A stretch of 64,000 bases of DNA from an uncultured delta proteobacterium (GTDB taxonomy: Bacteria > Desulfobacterota > Syntrophia > Syntrophales > UBA2185): assembly GCA_963729715.1 (NCBI GenBank), contig CAVSPA010000005.1, forward strand, positions 512,001-576,000, read 5' to 3'. Of the stretch, positions 1 through 10,590 are shown piece after piece (position 1 is the first letter of the stretch; every line of letters begins with the position of its first letter). The notes under the pieces are model-generated. The model worked only from the letters and a program-made list of their open reading frames with translations, did no database searches and was not told the origin of the DNA. The translations under genes were made by a program, and so were the position numbers.

Positions 1-68
1 ACGTCTTCAAGTGGTCGGTTGCCGCATAATCCGCGGTCTGTAACCAGGTATAATCCGCGCACGGTCAA
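1..68 (-). CDS. thiE: Thiamine-phosphate synthase, N-terminal part (runs off window edge)
   Basis: Hand translation from TTG at 68, which overlaps the thiM stop: [29 protein letters not shown] is the typical ThiE N-terminus, and the gene follows thiM. Confidence 0.85.
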   Translation of the reverse strand, partial: MTVRGLYLVTDRGLCGNRPLED

Positions 69-868
69 CCTTCTATCTTGAGGTAATGTTTTATATCCTT
101 TTCTGACAACCCATAGAGGGCATCGAGAAAACGGACCTGAAGCATTCCGGGACCTGCCGCGTTCTTCACAGCGATTTCCCCGGCTATGCCCATCACCGCC
201 ATTGCCTGAACCGCCGCCTCGGCATACGCGCGATTGACGGCTGCAAACGCCCCGCATATCGCCGTCGCAATGCATCCCATACCGGTAACCTTTGTCATCA
301 TGGGGTGACCGTTCAATACCTTGGTGACTTCGTCTCCGTAAATGATGTAGTCCGTTTCTCCGCTGACACATACAACACTTCCACAAGACTTGTTTAACTT
401 ATGGGCTATGTACACTGCGGAATGTGAGGAGGCCGTACTCTCTACTCCTTTTGTCTTCGCGTCTTTCTCCATGAGAGCCATAATTTCCGAGGCGTTGCCC
501 CTGATGATAGCGGGCGGCGCTTCCTGTATCAGCTCCCTCGCCGTGCTGGTGCGGTATGCAGTCGCCCCCGCACCGACGGGGTCCAGAACGATCGGGATGT
601 TAACTTTCTTGGCCTGGTCAACAGCGAGAAGCATTGCTCGTATCCAATGCGAGCTTAAGGTTCCTATATTGATGACCACAGCGCCGGCGATGCTAACCAT
701 CTCCTCCATTTCCTCCTCCGCATGGGCCATAACAGGTGAAGCCCCGATGGCAAGCAGTGCGTTGGCGGAATTGTTCATGACCACATAATTGGTAATATTG
801 TGGATCACCGGGGAATTTTCTCTGATCTCCTTGACTGATGACCAGATACTGGATGCAGAAACCTTCAT
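65..868 (-). CDS. thiM: Hydroxyethylthiazole kinase
   Basis: Motifs [44 protein letters not shown]. Start moved to ATG 868, which has a GGAGAG RBS. Confidence 0.95.
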   Translation of the reverse strand: MKVSASSIWSSVKEIRENSPVIHNITNYVVMNNSANALLAIGASPVMAHAEEEMEEMVSIAGAVVINIGTLSSHWIRAMLLAVDQAKKVNIPIVLDPVGAGATAYRTSTARELIQEAPPAIIRGNASEIMALMEKDAKTKGVESTASSHSAVYIAHKLNKSCGSVVCVSGETDYIIYGDEVTKVLNGHPMMTKVTGMGCIATAICGAFAAVNRAYAEAAVQAMAVMGIAGEIAVKNAAGPGMLQVRFLDALYGLSEKDIKHYLKIEG

Positions 869-1108
869 ATGGCAACTCTCCTTTGCTCCGTAAAATCCAT
901 TTTCGTGTTGCGTCGTGTCCCCCATCACATCAATTGCATATTTTTAAATGTATCATATAACGCACAGTAATGTAAACGGGACGATGCTTTCGATATGTGT
1001 TTTTTATCGGGTTGTGCAATTACTTCAAATATAGTAGTTTCTCTGCGGCTATGAATTCTAAGCAGGAGCAAAAATTTATTTTGCATTTTTCTGAGCGGGA
1101 TATCACGT

Positions 1109-2140
1109 ATGAGTAAGATCAAAGAGATTATTGAAACGGTAAATGAAAATCAGGAGATCGCGAAAAAATTCTTCGAGATCGAGACTAGTATTTTATCCAT
1201 TCTCAATTTCAAGGACTTTCTCGAAAGGCTGCTCACGGAAATCCAGGAAAAAATGGCGATTCCCTATGTATGGATTGCGTTGATAGAAGAGAGCGACTTC
1301 GCGGAGATGCTGCAAAGATCGGCAACGTCGGAAATTGTGAAAGGGCGGACGAGCCTGATTGAGAGAAACCTGTTTCTCAAACTTATCGGAAATAAGATAG
1401 ATCCTATACTTGCTAATGAGGATTTAACAGCCTTCTATGCTTTGCTTCCCCGAGAGCACGAGTATCATATCCAGTCCCTTGCCATCGCTCCCCTGACGCT
1501 GGATGGCGGGATCATCGGCAGCCTGATTCAAGGAGACAGTTCCCCGTTCCGTTACCGCCCCGATATGGATGCAACTTTGCTGAAAAGGCTGGCAACTATT
1601 GTTTCCATCTGTCTTTCCAATGTTATGGCTCATGAGAAACTCAACTTTCTGGCATCGAGGGATTCACTCACGGGGTTGTTAAACCGCAGGGTTCTCGAAG
1701 ACATAGTAAAGAGGGAGTTTGACCGGGCAGTAAGGTACAGGACGCCGCTGACGGTTGTGTTTCTCGACGTGGATGACTTTAAGACGGTTAATGACCTCTA
1801 TGGTCACGACGCCGGCGATATTGTGCTGAAGTACGTGGCGACTCAATTGCTGTCCATGACCCGAGTAAGCGATGTTGTCGCAAGATTTGCGGGGGATGAG
1901 TTCATCATCATTCTTCCCAATACACCCGTCGGTGAAGCCTGTGAATTCGCAACTCGCCTGCAGACCTTCTTTATCAGTCACCCTCTGGACTTTGAGGGTA
2001 TTCCGATCCGTATCTCCGTAAGCTATGGATTATCGCACCTTGAAGATGGCGCTTATGATGCCATGTCGCTTCTGAAAAAGGCGGATAAAATGCTTTACAG
2101 AGCGAAGATGGAAAAAAATACGAGAGATTCCTATCTCTAA
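1109..2140 (+). CDS. GAF-like (DUF484-type) sensor fused to diguanylate cyclase
   Basis: DSLTGLLNRR, DVDDFKTVNDLYGHDAGD, RxxD I-site (RVSD) and AGDEF active-site variant. Confidence 0.9.
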   Translation: MSKIKEIIETVNENQEIAKKFFEIETSILSILNFKDFLERLLTEIQEKMAIPYVWIALIEESDFAEMLQRSATSEIVKGRTSLIERNLFLKLIGNKIDPILANEDLTAFYALLPREHEYHIQSLAIAPLTLDGGIIGSLIQGDSSPFRYRPDMDATLLKRLATIVSICLSNVMAHEKLNFLASRDSLTGLLNRRVLEDIVKREFDRAVRYRTPLTVVFLDVDDFKTVNDLYGHDAGDIVLKYVATQLLSMTRVSDVVARFAGDEFIIILPNTPVGEACEFATRLQTFFISHPLDFEGIPIRISVSYGLSHLEDGAYDAMSLLKKADKMLYRAKMEKNTRDSYL

Positions 2141-2145
2141 TTCCG

Positions 2146-3075
2146 TTAATTCTTGCCGCCGCCAAGCCTTTCCCGCAGCTGTTCAATAAGTTTTCTGGCG
2201 GAGGAAGGCTCCTTCAGCCTCACGGCGCCGATGATGTAACGGCCTGACTGCTCTACGAACACTCCTCCATACAAGGGATCGACAGCCGCGAGGGAAACGA
2301 AATCTCGCCTCTCTCGCAGTTGCATGTTTTTCCCTTCAGCCTTCAGGTAAGAACGATATCGATCAAAAGTCTCTTTTGCCGCTGAGATGGAATCTTCAGG
2401 CACTAGGAATACCTGGGCACGTTCGCCTTCGAGAAGCGCATCTGCGATGACGCCCCGACGGAAAAAGGCATACCCGAGGAGGCTCTTAGCTATATATCGC
2501 TCGGTCTTCGGAACAATGCCCGGCATTTTCAGGGCCTCAAGAACTCCGGCGGGCCTCGCATTGGCTGGTAGCTTCTCTGAAATAGCCCACGCGCATGCAA
2601 GAAATACATCCTGTCCCAGACCGGTCGCGCCCGTGACCTGAAGCCTCACAAAATACCTGTCCTGGTAGAACATCAACTGGGATGGAGACACAAATCCTTC
2701 CGTGCCTACTGTCACACTTGCAGCATCCGCCTTTCGGTAGTTGGAGTAGATTCCAAAGGCATCAAGCGGGGAGGCCATTCTGTATACGTCGGCCACGATC
2801 CATTCTTCCGAATTATTTCCGTTTATATATGTGGCAGTGGCGAGCATATCAAACCCGTAGGGAAAATAAAGTTCCGCTTCGCCGTTGATATGATCGAACA
2901 GAGTGTCTTTATCGAAGAGGGCTGCCTTGTCCTTCAACGTCCAGCCTTGAGCACAACCATAAGCAGGCAAAAGATTCTCCATGGCTCCGTCCGCGGCAAA
3001 GACCGGAACCCATGCATGGATGGTCAAGAAAAGAATGCACACGATGATCGAGAAGACCACTTCGATGCGATTCAT
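2146..3075 (-). CDS. Exported hypothetical protein (DUF6599-like)
   Basis: Signal peptide, motifs LFDHINGEAELY and DAFGIYS; lies downstream of the aldo/keto reductase. Confidence 0.6.
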   Translation of the reverse strand: MNRIEVVFSIIVCILFLTIHAWVPVFAADGAMENLLPAYGCAQGWTLKDKAALFDKDTLFDHINGEAELYFPYGFDMLATATYINGNNSEEWIVADVYRMASPLDAFGIYSNYRKADAASVTVGTEGFVSPSQLMFYQDRYFVRLQVTGATGLGQDVFLACAWAISEKLPANARPAGVLEALKMPGIVPKTERYIAKSLLGYAFFRRGVIADALLEGERAQVFLVPEDSISAAKETFDRYRSYLKAEGKNMQLRERRDFVSLAAVDPLYGGVFVEQSGRYIIGAVRLKEPSSARKLIEQLRERLGGGKN

Positions 3076-3114
3076 TGATATGCCCCCCCTGTCCGGCTAA
3101 CGCGCATCGTTTCT

Positions 3115-4296
3115 CTAAGCGAGTAATCTCCTCGCCCTGTCCATCTTCATTGCAATGTCAAGCCCGTTCACGCACTTCGCCACACAATCCGGACAGTCAA
3201 GGCACGCGGATGCAGAAATGGATGCGGGAATCTCATCGTATGTGGCCCGCGCAAGTCCGGATTCTTTGTATCCTTCTTTGTACATGAGGCAGCGGTTGAT
3301 CGTGCTGATCGCTACGCTTTTCGGGCAGGTGGTTTCACATTCTCCGCAAAGATGGCAGTAATAATGTTTCACAGCGGCTCCGTAACGCTTCAGGATGAGT
3401 TTGTCGAGGTACCCGAATTTCATCCCCATCACCGCTATGTCTTCCCGGAGCTCAGCCATGTCTCTCATGCCGGGAATGGCCGCCGTGATGTGCGTATTCT
3501 GAAGAGCCCATTTTAAGGCTGCCTGGTGAGGACTGACGGGACCCAGCGCGCCGGTATCGTAACCCCCCGCCTGCGTCTTCATGGCGATAATCCCGATGTT
3601 CGCCTGGGCGGCCCTTGCTATCGCATCCTTCACATCCGCGCTGCTCTTGAAGTTGTAACCTACGAGAGCCGTGTCGAAGAACCTGTCGCGGTCATCCACG
3701 AGGGCGTTGAGGACCTCGGCCTGACCCTTGTGTGATGTGACCCCGAAGAATCTGACCTTGCCCTGCTCTTTCAGTTTTGTGAACGCCTCTCGTGTCTCCG
3801 GAATCAATATGCGGTCTTTGTTTTCAGCGGTAAGATTATGGAGCTGGATGACGTCAACATAATCTGTTCCCAGCGCCCTGAGGCTTGTTTCAACGTCATT
3901 GAAGATGGCCTCTTTTGTATGCGAGTCAGGCTTCGTTTTCGTTGCCACATATATCTTGTCACGCCTGCCTTTCAATGCCTTCGCGACGATCTCCTCATTC
4001 TTGCCGCCCATGTAGCGTCGCGCCGTATCCACATAGTTAACGCCGTGATCAAAGGCGACATTCATCACCTCCGCTTCCGGCGTAAGCATTGCTCCGAAGC
4101 TTACGATCGCAATCTTCATGCCGGTTCTGCCGAGGGTTCTGTATACAGGCGGAGGAAAGACGAAGGATTCCGCCGATGCATATTCCATGGCATTGGCCAG
4201 GCCTTCCCAGCCGATTATGGCCGACGTTGTTCCTGCCAGACCAACCTTGAGAAAATCTCTCCTGTTCATACCCACATATCCTTTTTCTTTCTGCAT
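3115..4296 (-). CDS. Aldo/keto reductase with Tat-like signal and C-terminal 4Fe-4S dicluster
   Basis: NRRDFLK twin-Arg, RTLGRTG, VDTARRY, CxxCxxCxxxCP. ATG 4296 follows a GGAGGA RBS. Confidence 0.9.
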   Translation of the reverse strand: MQKEKGYVGMNRRDFLKVGLAGTTSAIIGWEGLANAMEYASAESFVFPPPVYRTLGRTGMKIAIVSFGAMLTPEAEVMNVAFDHGVNYVDTARRYMGGKNEEIVAKALKGRRDKIYVATKTKPDSHTKEAIFNDVETSLRALGTDYVDVIQLHNLTAENKDRILIPETREAFTKLKEQGKVRFFGVTSHKGQAEVLNALVDDRDRFFDTALVGYNFKSSADVKDAIARAAQANIGIIAMKTQAGGYDTGALGPVSPHQAALKWALQNTHITAAIPGMRDMAELREDIAVMGMKFGYLDKLILKRYGAAVKHYYCHLCGECETTCPKSVAISTINRCLMYKEGYKESGLARATYDEIPASISASACLDCPDCVAKCVNGLDIAMKMDRARRLLA

Positions 4297-4323
4297 AGCG
4301 TCCTCCCTGTTACCCAGCAATGA

Positions 4324-4803
4324 TTATCCTTTGCCCTTGTATGCCGTGAGCACACGCAGTATTTCTCCGATGTCAGGAAGCTCCCTGATTGGATAGACCT
4401 TGACGAAGATGATTTTCCCCGTCTCATCGACAATAACATTGGCTCTTTCCGAAAATCCCTCCGCGCGAAGAAGGCCCATCGACTTCGCAACGTCTCCGTG
4501 AGGCCAGAAATCAGCAAGGAGTCTTGTGTTTTTGATTCTCAGGCTTTTGGCCCAGGCCGCCTTGGAAGGCACGCTGTCCACGCTTAAACCCACCGCCACA
4601 GTATTGAGTTTATTTAAGAACCTCTTATTCTTTTCCAGAGACTGCATCTGCTTTGCGCATATGGATGTCCAGGCTAGGGGATGAAAGGACAAGAGCACCT
4701 TTTCCCCCCTATACTCCGACAGGTGCAAATCTTGACCGTTCTGATCCTTCAAGGAAAAGTCCTTCACTTTTTTACCCTGTTGCACCACTTTTTTTTCCGC
4801 CAT
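4324..4803 (-). CDS. Peroxiredoxin (AhpC/TSA, AhpE-like)
   Basis: FHPLAWTSIC (PxxxTxxC), LLADFWPHG, ERANVIVD. Confidence 0.9.
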   Translation of the reverse strand: MAEKKVVQQGKKVKDFSLKDQNGQDLHLSEYRGEKVLLSFHPLAWTSICAKQMQSLEKNKRFLNKLNTVAVGLSVDSVPSKAAWAKSLRIKNTRLLADFWPHGDVAKSMGLLRAEGFSERANVIVDETGKIIFVKVYPIRELPDIGEILRVLTAYKGKG

Positions 4804-5073
4804 GGGAAACCTCCCTTCTTTTTGTATGCATCAACAAAAATATGTTTATTTCCTAGCGAGTATAATCACAAGCGTGATACCGAATTGGATGGATAGGATT
4901 ACAACTAAGTGTGACATAAATTAACTTCCAATGTAAAGAACAGTTTAAGACGCGCAACCAAAACTCTGTTGGAAAATTGAAAATTTTTGGCGTAATGAAA
5001 ATCTGCGCCGTATGAGACATATAACCGATAGGCATTTACTCGCTTACCCTTAAAGCTTGGTGGGTTGCAATCA

Positions 5074-6264
5074 CTACCGGCTGCGGGGTTTTGGGGGAGT
5101 CACATAAGGGCTATCCAGATATTTCCTTGCCTCGACCTGTGCAAAACCTTCTCCGCCCGGCTCTGCCAGGGCCCTGTTATAGTACTCTTCCGCCTGCTCT
5201 CTTTCCTTGAGAGCGTCATGTATCATCCCCAAACGCACGAGGGCCCACGCGCGGACCCGGGCGTTATAGGGCGCCCTATCCTCAAGTGTCTTTTCAAGAT
5301 ATTCGGAAGCCCTAACATATTCTTCCTCGTTGAAGAAGATTCTTCCCATGAGCTGGTTGAGACGAGGCTGAAGTTGGGGAACGAAGGGAGGCGTGCCTGC
5401 TTGAATATCTTTTTCGATCTCACGGGCTATGGCGAATGCTTCCTGGAGTTGGTGGAGATCGGAGAACGCATTTGCCAATGCAAAGGAAAAGTTATAATTG
5501 CGGGGAAACCTTTTACGGAGCTCGCGAGCAATGGGAAGAGCCCTGGCGGGTTGTTTCTCAAAGTTCACATACACCGACGCGAGTTCAGACTGCGCAAGTT
5601 CTCTGAGAAGATCACCCTTCTGCGCCGCCAATTCCAGTTCCTGAAGCCCCTTCTTGCTGTCTCCGGAGGCAATCAGGAGGGAAGAAAAAAAACGGGCCAA
5701 GGGCGGAAGGTGATCGAGATGGTAATGGAGGAGGCCCATGAGAAAATACGTGTCATAATTTTGCGGATCTTCTTCCTTTGCTTTTTCCAAGTATTCCCAG
5801 ATATTCGATGTCTCCTGCGCTACGATGCGATACTGTTTTTGGCCGATGGCCCAGCGGACTTTGATAATCTTTGCCATGGCCGTGGCAAAGTAGGCCTGCG
5901 CGTCATTAGGATTTTTCTCAATCCTGCTCTGGCCTCGGGCCGTGGCTTCGCTAACGTAGCGAAGCATGGATTCCTGATATTTCTCCCGCTCCTTCTGGTC
6001 GAGGCTAATCTCATAGAAGAACAAGTTCTCGAGAGCGGAAAAAGCATAGCCAATCGGATTATCCCGATCCAGGTCCACAGCCTTCTGCAGATGGTCGCCC
6101 GCGCTCTGCGGCTCAAGGTTGAAAACTTTTTCAATTCCCTGCCTGAGATAGGAATGGAGCTGGTTCGGCCTCAATTGGGCGGCTGCCGCCCCGGCTTCGG
6201 GAGCAAAGATTATAGGGGATAAGCAAAGGGCAAGGAAAAGAATTGCCGTTCTTCTCTTGTTCAT
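5074..6264 (-). CDS. Exported tetratricopeptide-repeat protein
   Basis: Signal peptide and repeated TPR-like helices (e.g. YLEKAKEEDPQNYDTYFLMG). Confidence 0.75.
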   Translation of the reverse strand: MNKRRTAILFLALCLSPIIFAPEAGAAAAQLRPNQLHSYLRQGIEKVFNLEPQSAGDHLQKAVDLDRDNPIGYAFSALENLFFYEISLDQKEREKYQESMLRYVSEATARGQSRIEKNPNDAQAYFATAMAKIIKVRWAIGQKQYRIVAQETSNIWEYLEKAKEEDPQNYDTYFLMGLLHYHLDHLPPLARFFSSLLIASGDSKKGLQELELAAQKGDLLRELAQSELASVYVNFEKQPARALPIARELRKRFPRNYNFSFALANAFSDLHQLQEAFAIAREIEKDIQAGTPPFVPQLQPRLNQLMGRIFFNEEEYVRASEYLEKTLEDRAPYNARVRAWALVRLGMIHDALKEREQAEEYYNRALAEPGGEGFAQVEARKYLDSPYVTPPKPRSR

Positions 6265-6279
6265 AGGTGTGTATTCTTT

Positions 6280-7176
6280 TTACAGGTTCTTGGAGATGAA
6301 TTTCAACATCTGCTTGAAGACCCCTTCGAGAATGTCCCGCCGAATAAAATAATCCGGCATTTGATTATAGAAATAATCGGCGACGGCCTTTCCGGCGGCA
6401 TCGATATCACCGTCATGCCTGCGGTATGTATCCTCCATAACGGCCTTCCATTTGACGCCTTCCTTAAAGGTCAGGTCGAGGAAATTGGATGCCTCATCCC
6501 CGGTGATATATCCGTAATGGTCACCGCAGAGGTAGGACACCGGCAAGGGCTTCAATTTCTCCAGGCTAACCAGATACTGCGTGATATTTGTATTCATGGA
6601 GGGGAAGCAGAAGTCCTTGTAAGGAATCCCTGCGGCGTCGGAGGCAAACATGATTTTTCTTTCAGGCTCGTAGGCAGTAATGGAACAGTTGGAATGGCCG
6701 GCGGTATCCATTATCTGCAGCATGACACCGCCGAGGTCTATCTGGTCTCCTTCGGCCAAGGTGAGACCGGCAATGTCATCACGCCAGTCGAGATCGTAGG
6801 CCGCAAGGGCTCTCTCCGCGCCCCACCACGTCGCACTGAGTCTACTGTAGCTGTTCATGACTTCGATAGCTTTAGGCATGGAGAATATCTTCCAGGCCGG
6901 CGCCGAGGCGTACACATCTATCCCGGGATATTTCCGCTTGAAATATGGGACGATTCCCACATGATCGAAATGCGAATGGAGGATCAGGATTTTCCCGATC
7001 TTTTTCGCGTCGATCCCAAATTTCTTCATCTGTTCCAGAACGTCGGTAAGTATGTAGCTCATCGCCCCGTTAATCAGGATTGCATCGTCTCGCCCTTCAA
7101 AAATATAGACCCCCGCTTCCTCACGGCCCAGATACCAGAGATTCTCCGTAACCTTTCCCGCCTTTCTGAATCGCAT
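6280..7176 (-). CDS. MBL-fold metallo-hydrolase
   Basis: HSHFDH, TAGHS, ASDAAG, GDHYG. ATG 7176 follows GGAGG. Confidence 0.85.
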   Translation of the reverse strand: MRFRKAGKVTENLWYLGREEAGVYIFEGRDDAILINGAMSYILTDVLEQMKKFGIDAKKIGKILILHSHFDHVGIVPYFKRKYPGIDVYASAPAWKIFSMPKAIEVMNSYSRLSATWWGAERALAAYDLDWRDDIAGLTLAEGDQIDLGGVMLQIMDTAGHSNCSITAYEPERKIMFASDAAGIPYKDFCFPSMNTNITQYLVSLEKLKPLPVSYLCGDHYGYITGDEASNFLDLTFKEGVKWKAVMEDTYRRHDGDIDAAGKAVADYFYNQMPDYFIRRDILEGVFKQMLKFISKNL

Positions 7177-7239
7177 AAATTGCACCTCCCATGTGCGGCC
7201 ATGTCTGCATCAATGTGCATTCTTCCGAATGCGCGCAGA

Positions 7240-7548
7240 TTATCCTTTGGATATTCCCCTTTTTTCCAAACGTGCAAGCCGTTCTTTGATTTCGTCCACT
7301 TCTTTTCGCGTGGGAATATTCAGACGCTTAAGGAGGCCCGTTACGGTCTGTTCCATCTTATCTTCCAGGTCTTTCTTTGCCTGCTTTGATTTTTCCACAA
7401 ATTCACTAACTGCCTCCCGTGCCTCCTTCTCTGTCATTTCTCCTTTCTTGACGAGTTCATCCATAATCTCCTGGACTTTTTCCGTGGTCATTATCGCCAA
7501 CCCGGCGCCAGCCAATGTCATTTTCCTGATGTAGTCAAGCATTGCCAT
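7240..7548 (-). CDS. Phasin-like (PHA granule-associated, PhaF/PhaI-type) protein
   Basis: LAGAGLA...ELVKKGEMTEKEA...LNIPTRKEVDEIKERLARLE. Start is 7548 or 7542. Confidence 0.75.
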   Translation of the reverse strand: MAMLDYIRKMTLAGAGLAIMTTEKVQEIMDELVKKGEMTEKEAREAVSEFVEKSKQAKKDLEDKMEQTVTGLLKRLNIPTRKEVDEIKERLARLEKRGISKG

Positions 7549-7700
7549 ACCCCCTTTGTATTTGAATAATTTTATTTTAAATTCTCTGTCGGGAAATGTC
7601 AATGTAATGGTTCCACGCCGATATGGTGTTTGCACTAAGCGACCACGTATGATAAACAGCGGTCACCATCAATGAGTAAGAATAATAGGCAGGGTTAGGC

Positions 7701-9902
7701 ATGGACGTCGCTGAACTTGTAAGTAAGGCAAGAGCAGAAGGGAGAACCGCCCTGACCGAGGCGGAATCCAAAAAATTGCTCGTAAATTATGGTCTGCCCG
7801 TGGTTGATGAACGCATTGCCGCAAGTGTGGACGAGGCCGCTATAGAGGCTGAGGCTGCCGGTTTTCCCGTCGTTGTAAAAGGTCTCGGCGCCCGGCTTAC
7901 ACACAAGACGGAACGCGGCCTTGTCAAGCTGAGTTTGAAAAGCGCGGAGGAGGTCCGAAAAGCTGCCCGAGAAATTGCCGCGGCTGCGGGTGATGACCTG
8001 GAAGGATTTCTCGTATACCACATGGTGGAAGGCAGACGGGAATTCATGGCGGGGCTGTTTCATGACGCCCAATTCGGTCCTGTTGTCATGTTCGGTTTGG
8101 GAGGCATCTTTGCTGAGGCGCTTGCAGACGTGGCGTTTCGCATTGCACCCCTCGATGAAACACACGCGTATGACATGATAAAAAAGATCAGGGCCATTGA
8201 CCTCTTGGGAAAGTTTCGCGGTGAGGCGTCGGTAAAAAGTGACCAGATTGTCAGTATCCTTCTTGGTTTATCCAGGCTTGGAATGGAACATCCGGAAGTG
8301 CAGGAGGTAGATATCAATCCCCTGCTTGTCGGGCCGGATGGCCGGGTGACTGCCGTAGATGCGCTGGTCATTGTCGGGAATGTTCTCCGAAGCAAATCGC
8401 CGCGTCCGCCTGCGGATAAGATGGCGATGCGAAATTTCTTCCACGCCCGTTCAATTGCGGTTGTCGGCGCGTCTGCTACGTTCGGCAAATGGGGATACAC
8501 TCTGTTCACTAATATGGTTGCCGGGAATTTCCGGGGTGAAATTTATCTGGTTAATCCTAAGGGTGGTGAAATTGCAGGATGGCCTGTCTGCAAATCTTTG
8601 GAAGACGTCCCCGGGCCCATAGACCTTGCCGTGGTAACAGTCCCTGCGGCAAGTGTTATGGACCTCGTTCCTAAGCTTAAAGGAAGGGGCATCAAGAGCA
8701 TGCTCTTAGTAACGTCTGGTTTTAGTGAGGCGGACAAAAAGGGAGCGCAACTGGAGGAGCGGCTGGTGGAAGAGGCGCGTGCGGCCGGAATTACGATTCT
8801 CGGGCCCAACACAATGGGGATATGCAATCCTCATGAAGATCTATTCTGCCTGTATCAGCATGTACGGCCGAAGCCAGGCGCGACGGCGCTCGTTGCTCAA
8901 TCGGGTAATCTCGGCACACAGTTCTTGATGTTTGCCGAGAGTGAAGGGATCGGGATACGGGCATTCATCGGATCCGGAAACGAGGCGATGATCACGCTTG
9001 AGGACTACATGGAATTCTTCGAAACCGATGACTTGACAAAGACGGTGGTATTGTACGTAGAGAGCCCCAAAGACGGCAGACGGTTCTTTGAATCTACCAA
9101 GAGGGTTTCCCGAAAAAAGCCTGTTCTCATGCTCAAAGGCGGTCGCACACGCGCCGGTGACCGCGCCGCCGCTAGTCATACGGGTGCATTGGCTTCCAAT
9201 ATTAAAGTCTTTAAGGCCGCATGCCGCCAGGCAGGAGTCGTTATGGGAGAAACTTCCATGGACCTCCTCGATCTCTCCGCTGCATTCGCATCGCTCCCCT
9301 TGCCACAGGGTAATAAGGTGGCGATAATGACCCTCGGTGGAGGCTGGGGGGTGGTTACGGCCGATCTGTGCATGGAATATGGGCTGGAAGTGCCCGACCT
9401 TTCATCTCATATAATATCACGGATCGATAAAGTCCTTCCTCCCTACTGGAGCCGATCCAATCCGGTCGACCTGGTTGCAGAAATGGATCTCTCCGTTCCC
9501 ATGATACTCATCGAGGAACTGCTGAAGTGGGATGGGTGTGATGCGGCAATTCACCTGGGTATCCTCGGCAGGCTGGTATTTGTAAAGAGAATGATCGAAT
9601 CCTCTCATATGGCTGATCAGACCTGCGACCGTAACGTCTTAGTAGAGATTGCTCGTCGGGTCGCTGATTTCGAACTCAGTTACAGTGAACACGTGATTCG
9701 CCTGATGGAGAAGTATGGCAAACCCGTTCTGGGGGTCTGTCTTCTTTCCGATGATAATGCCCGCACCGTTAAAGAGATCGCGGGAAAGGAATATAAAGGG
9801 GTGACTTTCCTAACACCGGAGCGAGCCGTAAAGGCTCTTGCCGGCATGTATTCGTACAAATGCTGGCTGGACATTGAAGGGATATCAATACATAATAGAT
9901 AG
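7701..9902 (+). CDS. ADP-forming acyl-CoA synthetase (acetate-CoA ligase family), ATP-grasp domain first
   Basis: HKTERG, FGPVVMFGLGG, DINPL, then SIAVVGAS, GPNTMG, QSGNLG, SHTGALA. Confidence 0.9.
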   Translation: MDVAELVSKARAEGRTALTEAESKKLLVNYGLPVVDERIAASVDEAAIEAEAAGFPVVVKGLGARLTHKTERGLVKLSLKSAEEVRKAAREIAAAAGDDLEGFLVYHMVEGRREFMAGLFHDAQFGPVVMFGLGGIFAEALADVAFRIAPLDETHAYDMIKKIRAIDLLGKFRGEASVKSDQIVSILLGLSRLGMEHPEVQEVDINPLLVGPDGRVTAVDALVIVGNVLRSKSPRPPADKMAMRNFFHARSIAVVGASATFGKWGYTLFTNMVAGNFRGEIYLVNPKGGEIAGWPVCKSLEDVPGPIDLAVVTVPAASVMDLVPKLKGRGIKSMLLVTSGFSEADKKGAQLEERLVEEARAAGITILGPNTMGICNPHEDLFCLYQHVRPKPGATALVAQSGNLGTQFLMFAESEGIGIRAFIGSGNEAMITLEDYMEFFETDDLTKTVVLYVESPKDGRRFFESTKRVSRKKPVLMLKGGRTRAGDRAAASHTGALASNIKVFKAACRQAGVVMGETSMDLLDLSAAFASLPLPQGNKVAIMTLGGGWGVVTADLCMEYGLEVPDLSSHIISRIDKVLPPYWSRSNPVDLVAEMDLSVPMILIEELLKWDGCDAAIHLGILGRLVFVKRMIESSHMADQTCDRNVLVEIARRVADFELSYSEHVIRLMEKYGKPVLGVCLLSDDNARTVKEIAGKEYKGVTFLTPERAVKALAGMYSYKCWLDIEGISIHNR

Positions 9903-10205
9903 TTAAGCTATCTCTTTTTCGGTTGGCTTTTTGGGAAGTCGGGCACTATTACAGACGGCGATTATCCAGATGGTCTTCTGTCTCACGCGATAGATGAACC
10001 GGCACGGTGCAATCGCCACTTCTCGGAAAGGGAGATCAGGAAATTCGGGTAGTGCCGTACCGGATCCGGGAAACCGTTTGAGCCGTGACAAGGTCTTTTC
10101 TGCCTTCTTTCGGAATGCACTTGCCGCAGATGTACCTTCCATATCGATTGAGGTAATAGCTCGAAGAAAATGGTTTCGTCCGGAAGGAGTAAAAAGAACT
10201 CTCAA
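9903..10205 (-). CDS. RelE/ParE-family type II toxin
   Basis: LKRFPGSG..PE....REV....RFIYRV....IWIIAV; directly downstream of the antitoxin; TTG start with AGGAGG. Confidence 0.8.
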   Translation of the reverse strand: MRVLFTPSGRNHFLRAITSIDMEGTSAASAFRKKAEKTLSRLKRFPGSGTALPEFPDLPFREVAIAPCRFIYRVRQKTIWIIAVCNSARLPKKPTEKEIA

Positions 10206-10214
10206 ACAATCCTC

Positions 10215-10484
10215 CTATTTCAGCAAGGCATCCGCATCTGCAAGGACGTGACTGAGATCATAACCCTTGCCTGTTTCGATTTCCTTTTCACCGCGGGCGA
10301 GAAGGTGGAGAATTTCCATTTCTTTTTGCGATTTTTCGTAAGCCTCCATACTGACCACAACTGCAGCTGCCCTTCCCCTTTGGGTGATGACAACGGGCTG
10401 CCGTGAGGATTTCACTCGCTTCAGCACGGATGACGCCGCTTGGCGAAGATCGGTAATCGGTATGATGTTGGGAATCTTGGTCAT
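10215..10484 (-). CDS. Phd/YefM-family antitoxin
   Basis: IIPITDLRQ...PVVITQRGRAAAVVVSMEAYE. Start trimmed to ATG 10484. Confidence 0.9.
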   Translation of the reverse strand: MTKIPNIIPITDLRQAASSVLKRVKSSRQPVVITQRGRAAAVVVSMEAYEKSQKEMEILHLLARGEKEIETGKGYDLSHVLADADALLK

Positions 10485-10590
10485 TATTGTCACTCCCTGA
10501 GATACGTTTAACACTACTGCCAAATGCAGCAATAAGCAAGCTCTATATTTGCGAATAAGATGGAGTTGCGGAGTTCCGCAAAAATACTCA

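Noticed and set aside
869..1108. TPP riboswitch expected upstream of thiM-thiE
   Set aside because: No CTGAGA core or other TPP aptamer elements on the minus strand
5065..7389. Long plus-strand ORFs 5065..6222 (385 aa) and 6361..7389 (342 aa)
   Set aside because: Antisense shadows of the TPR, MBL and phasin genes, with no motifs or RBS
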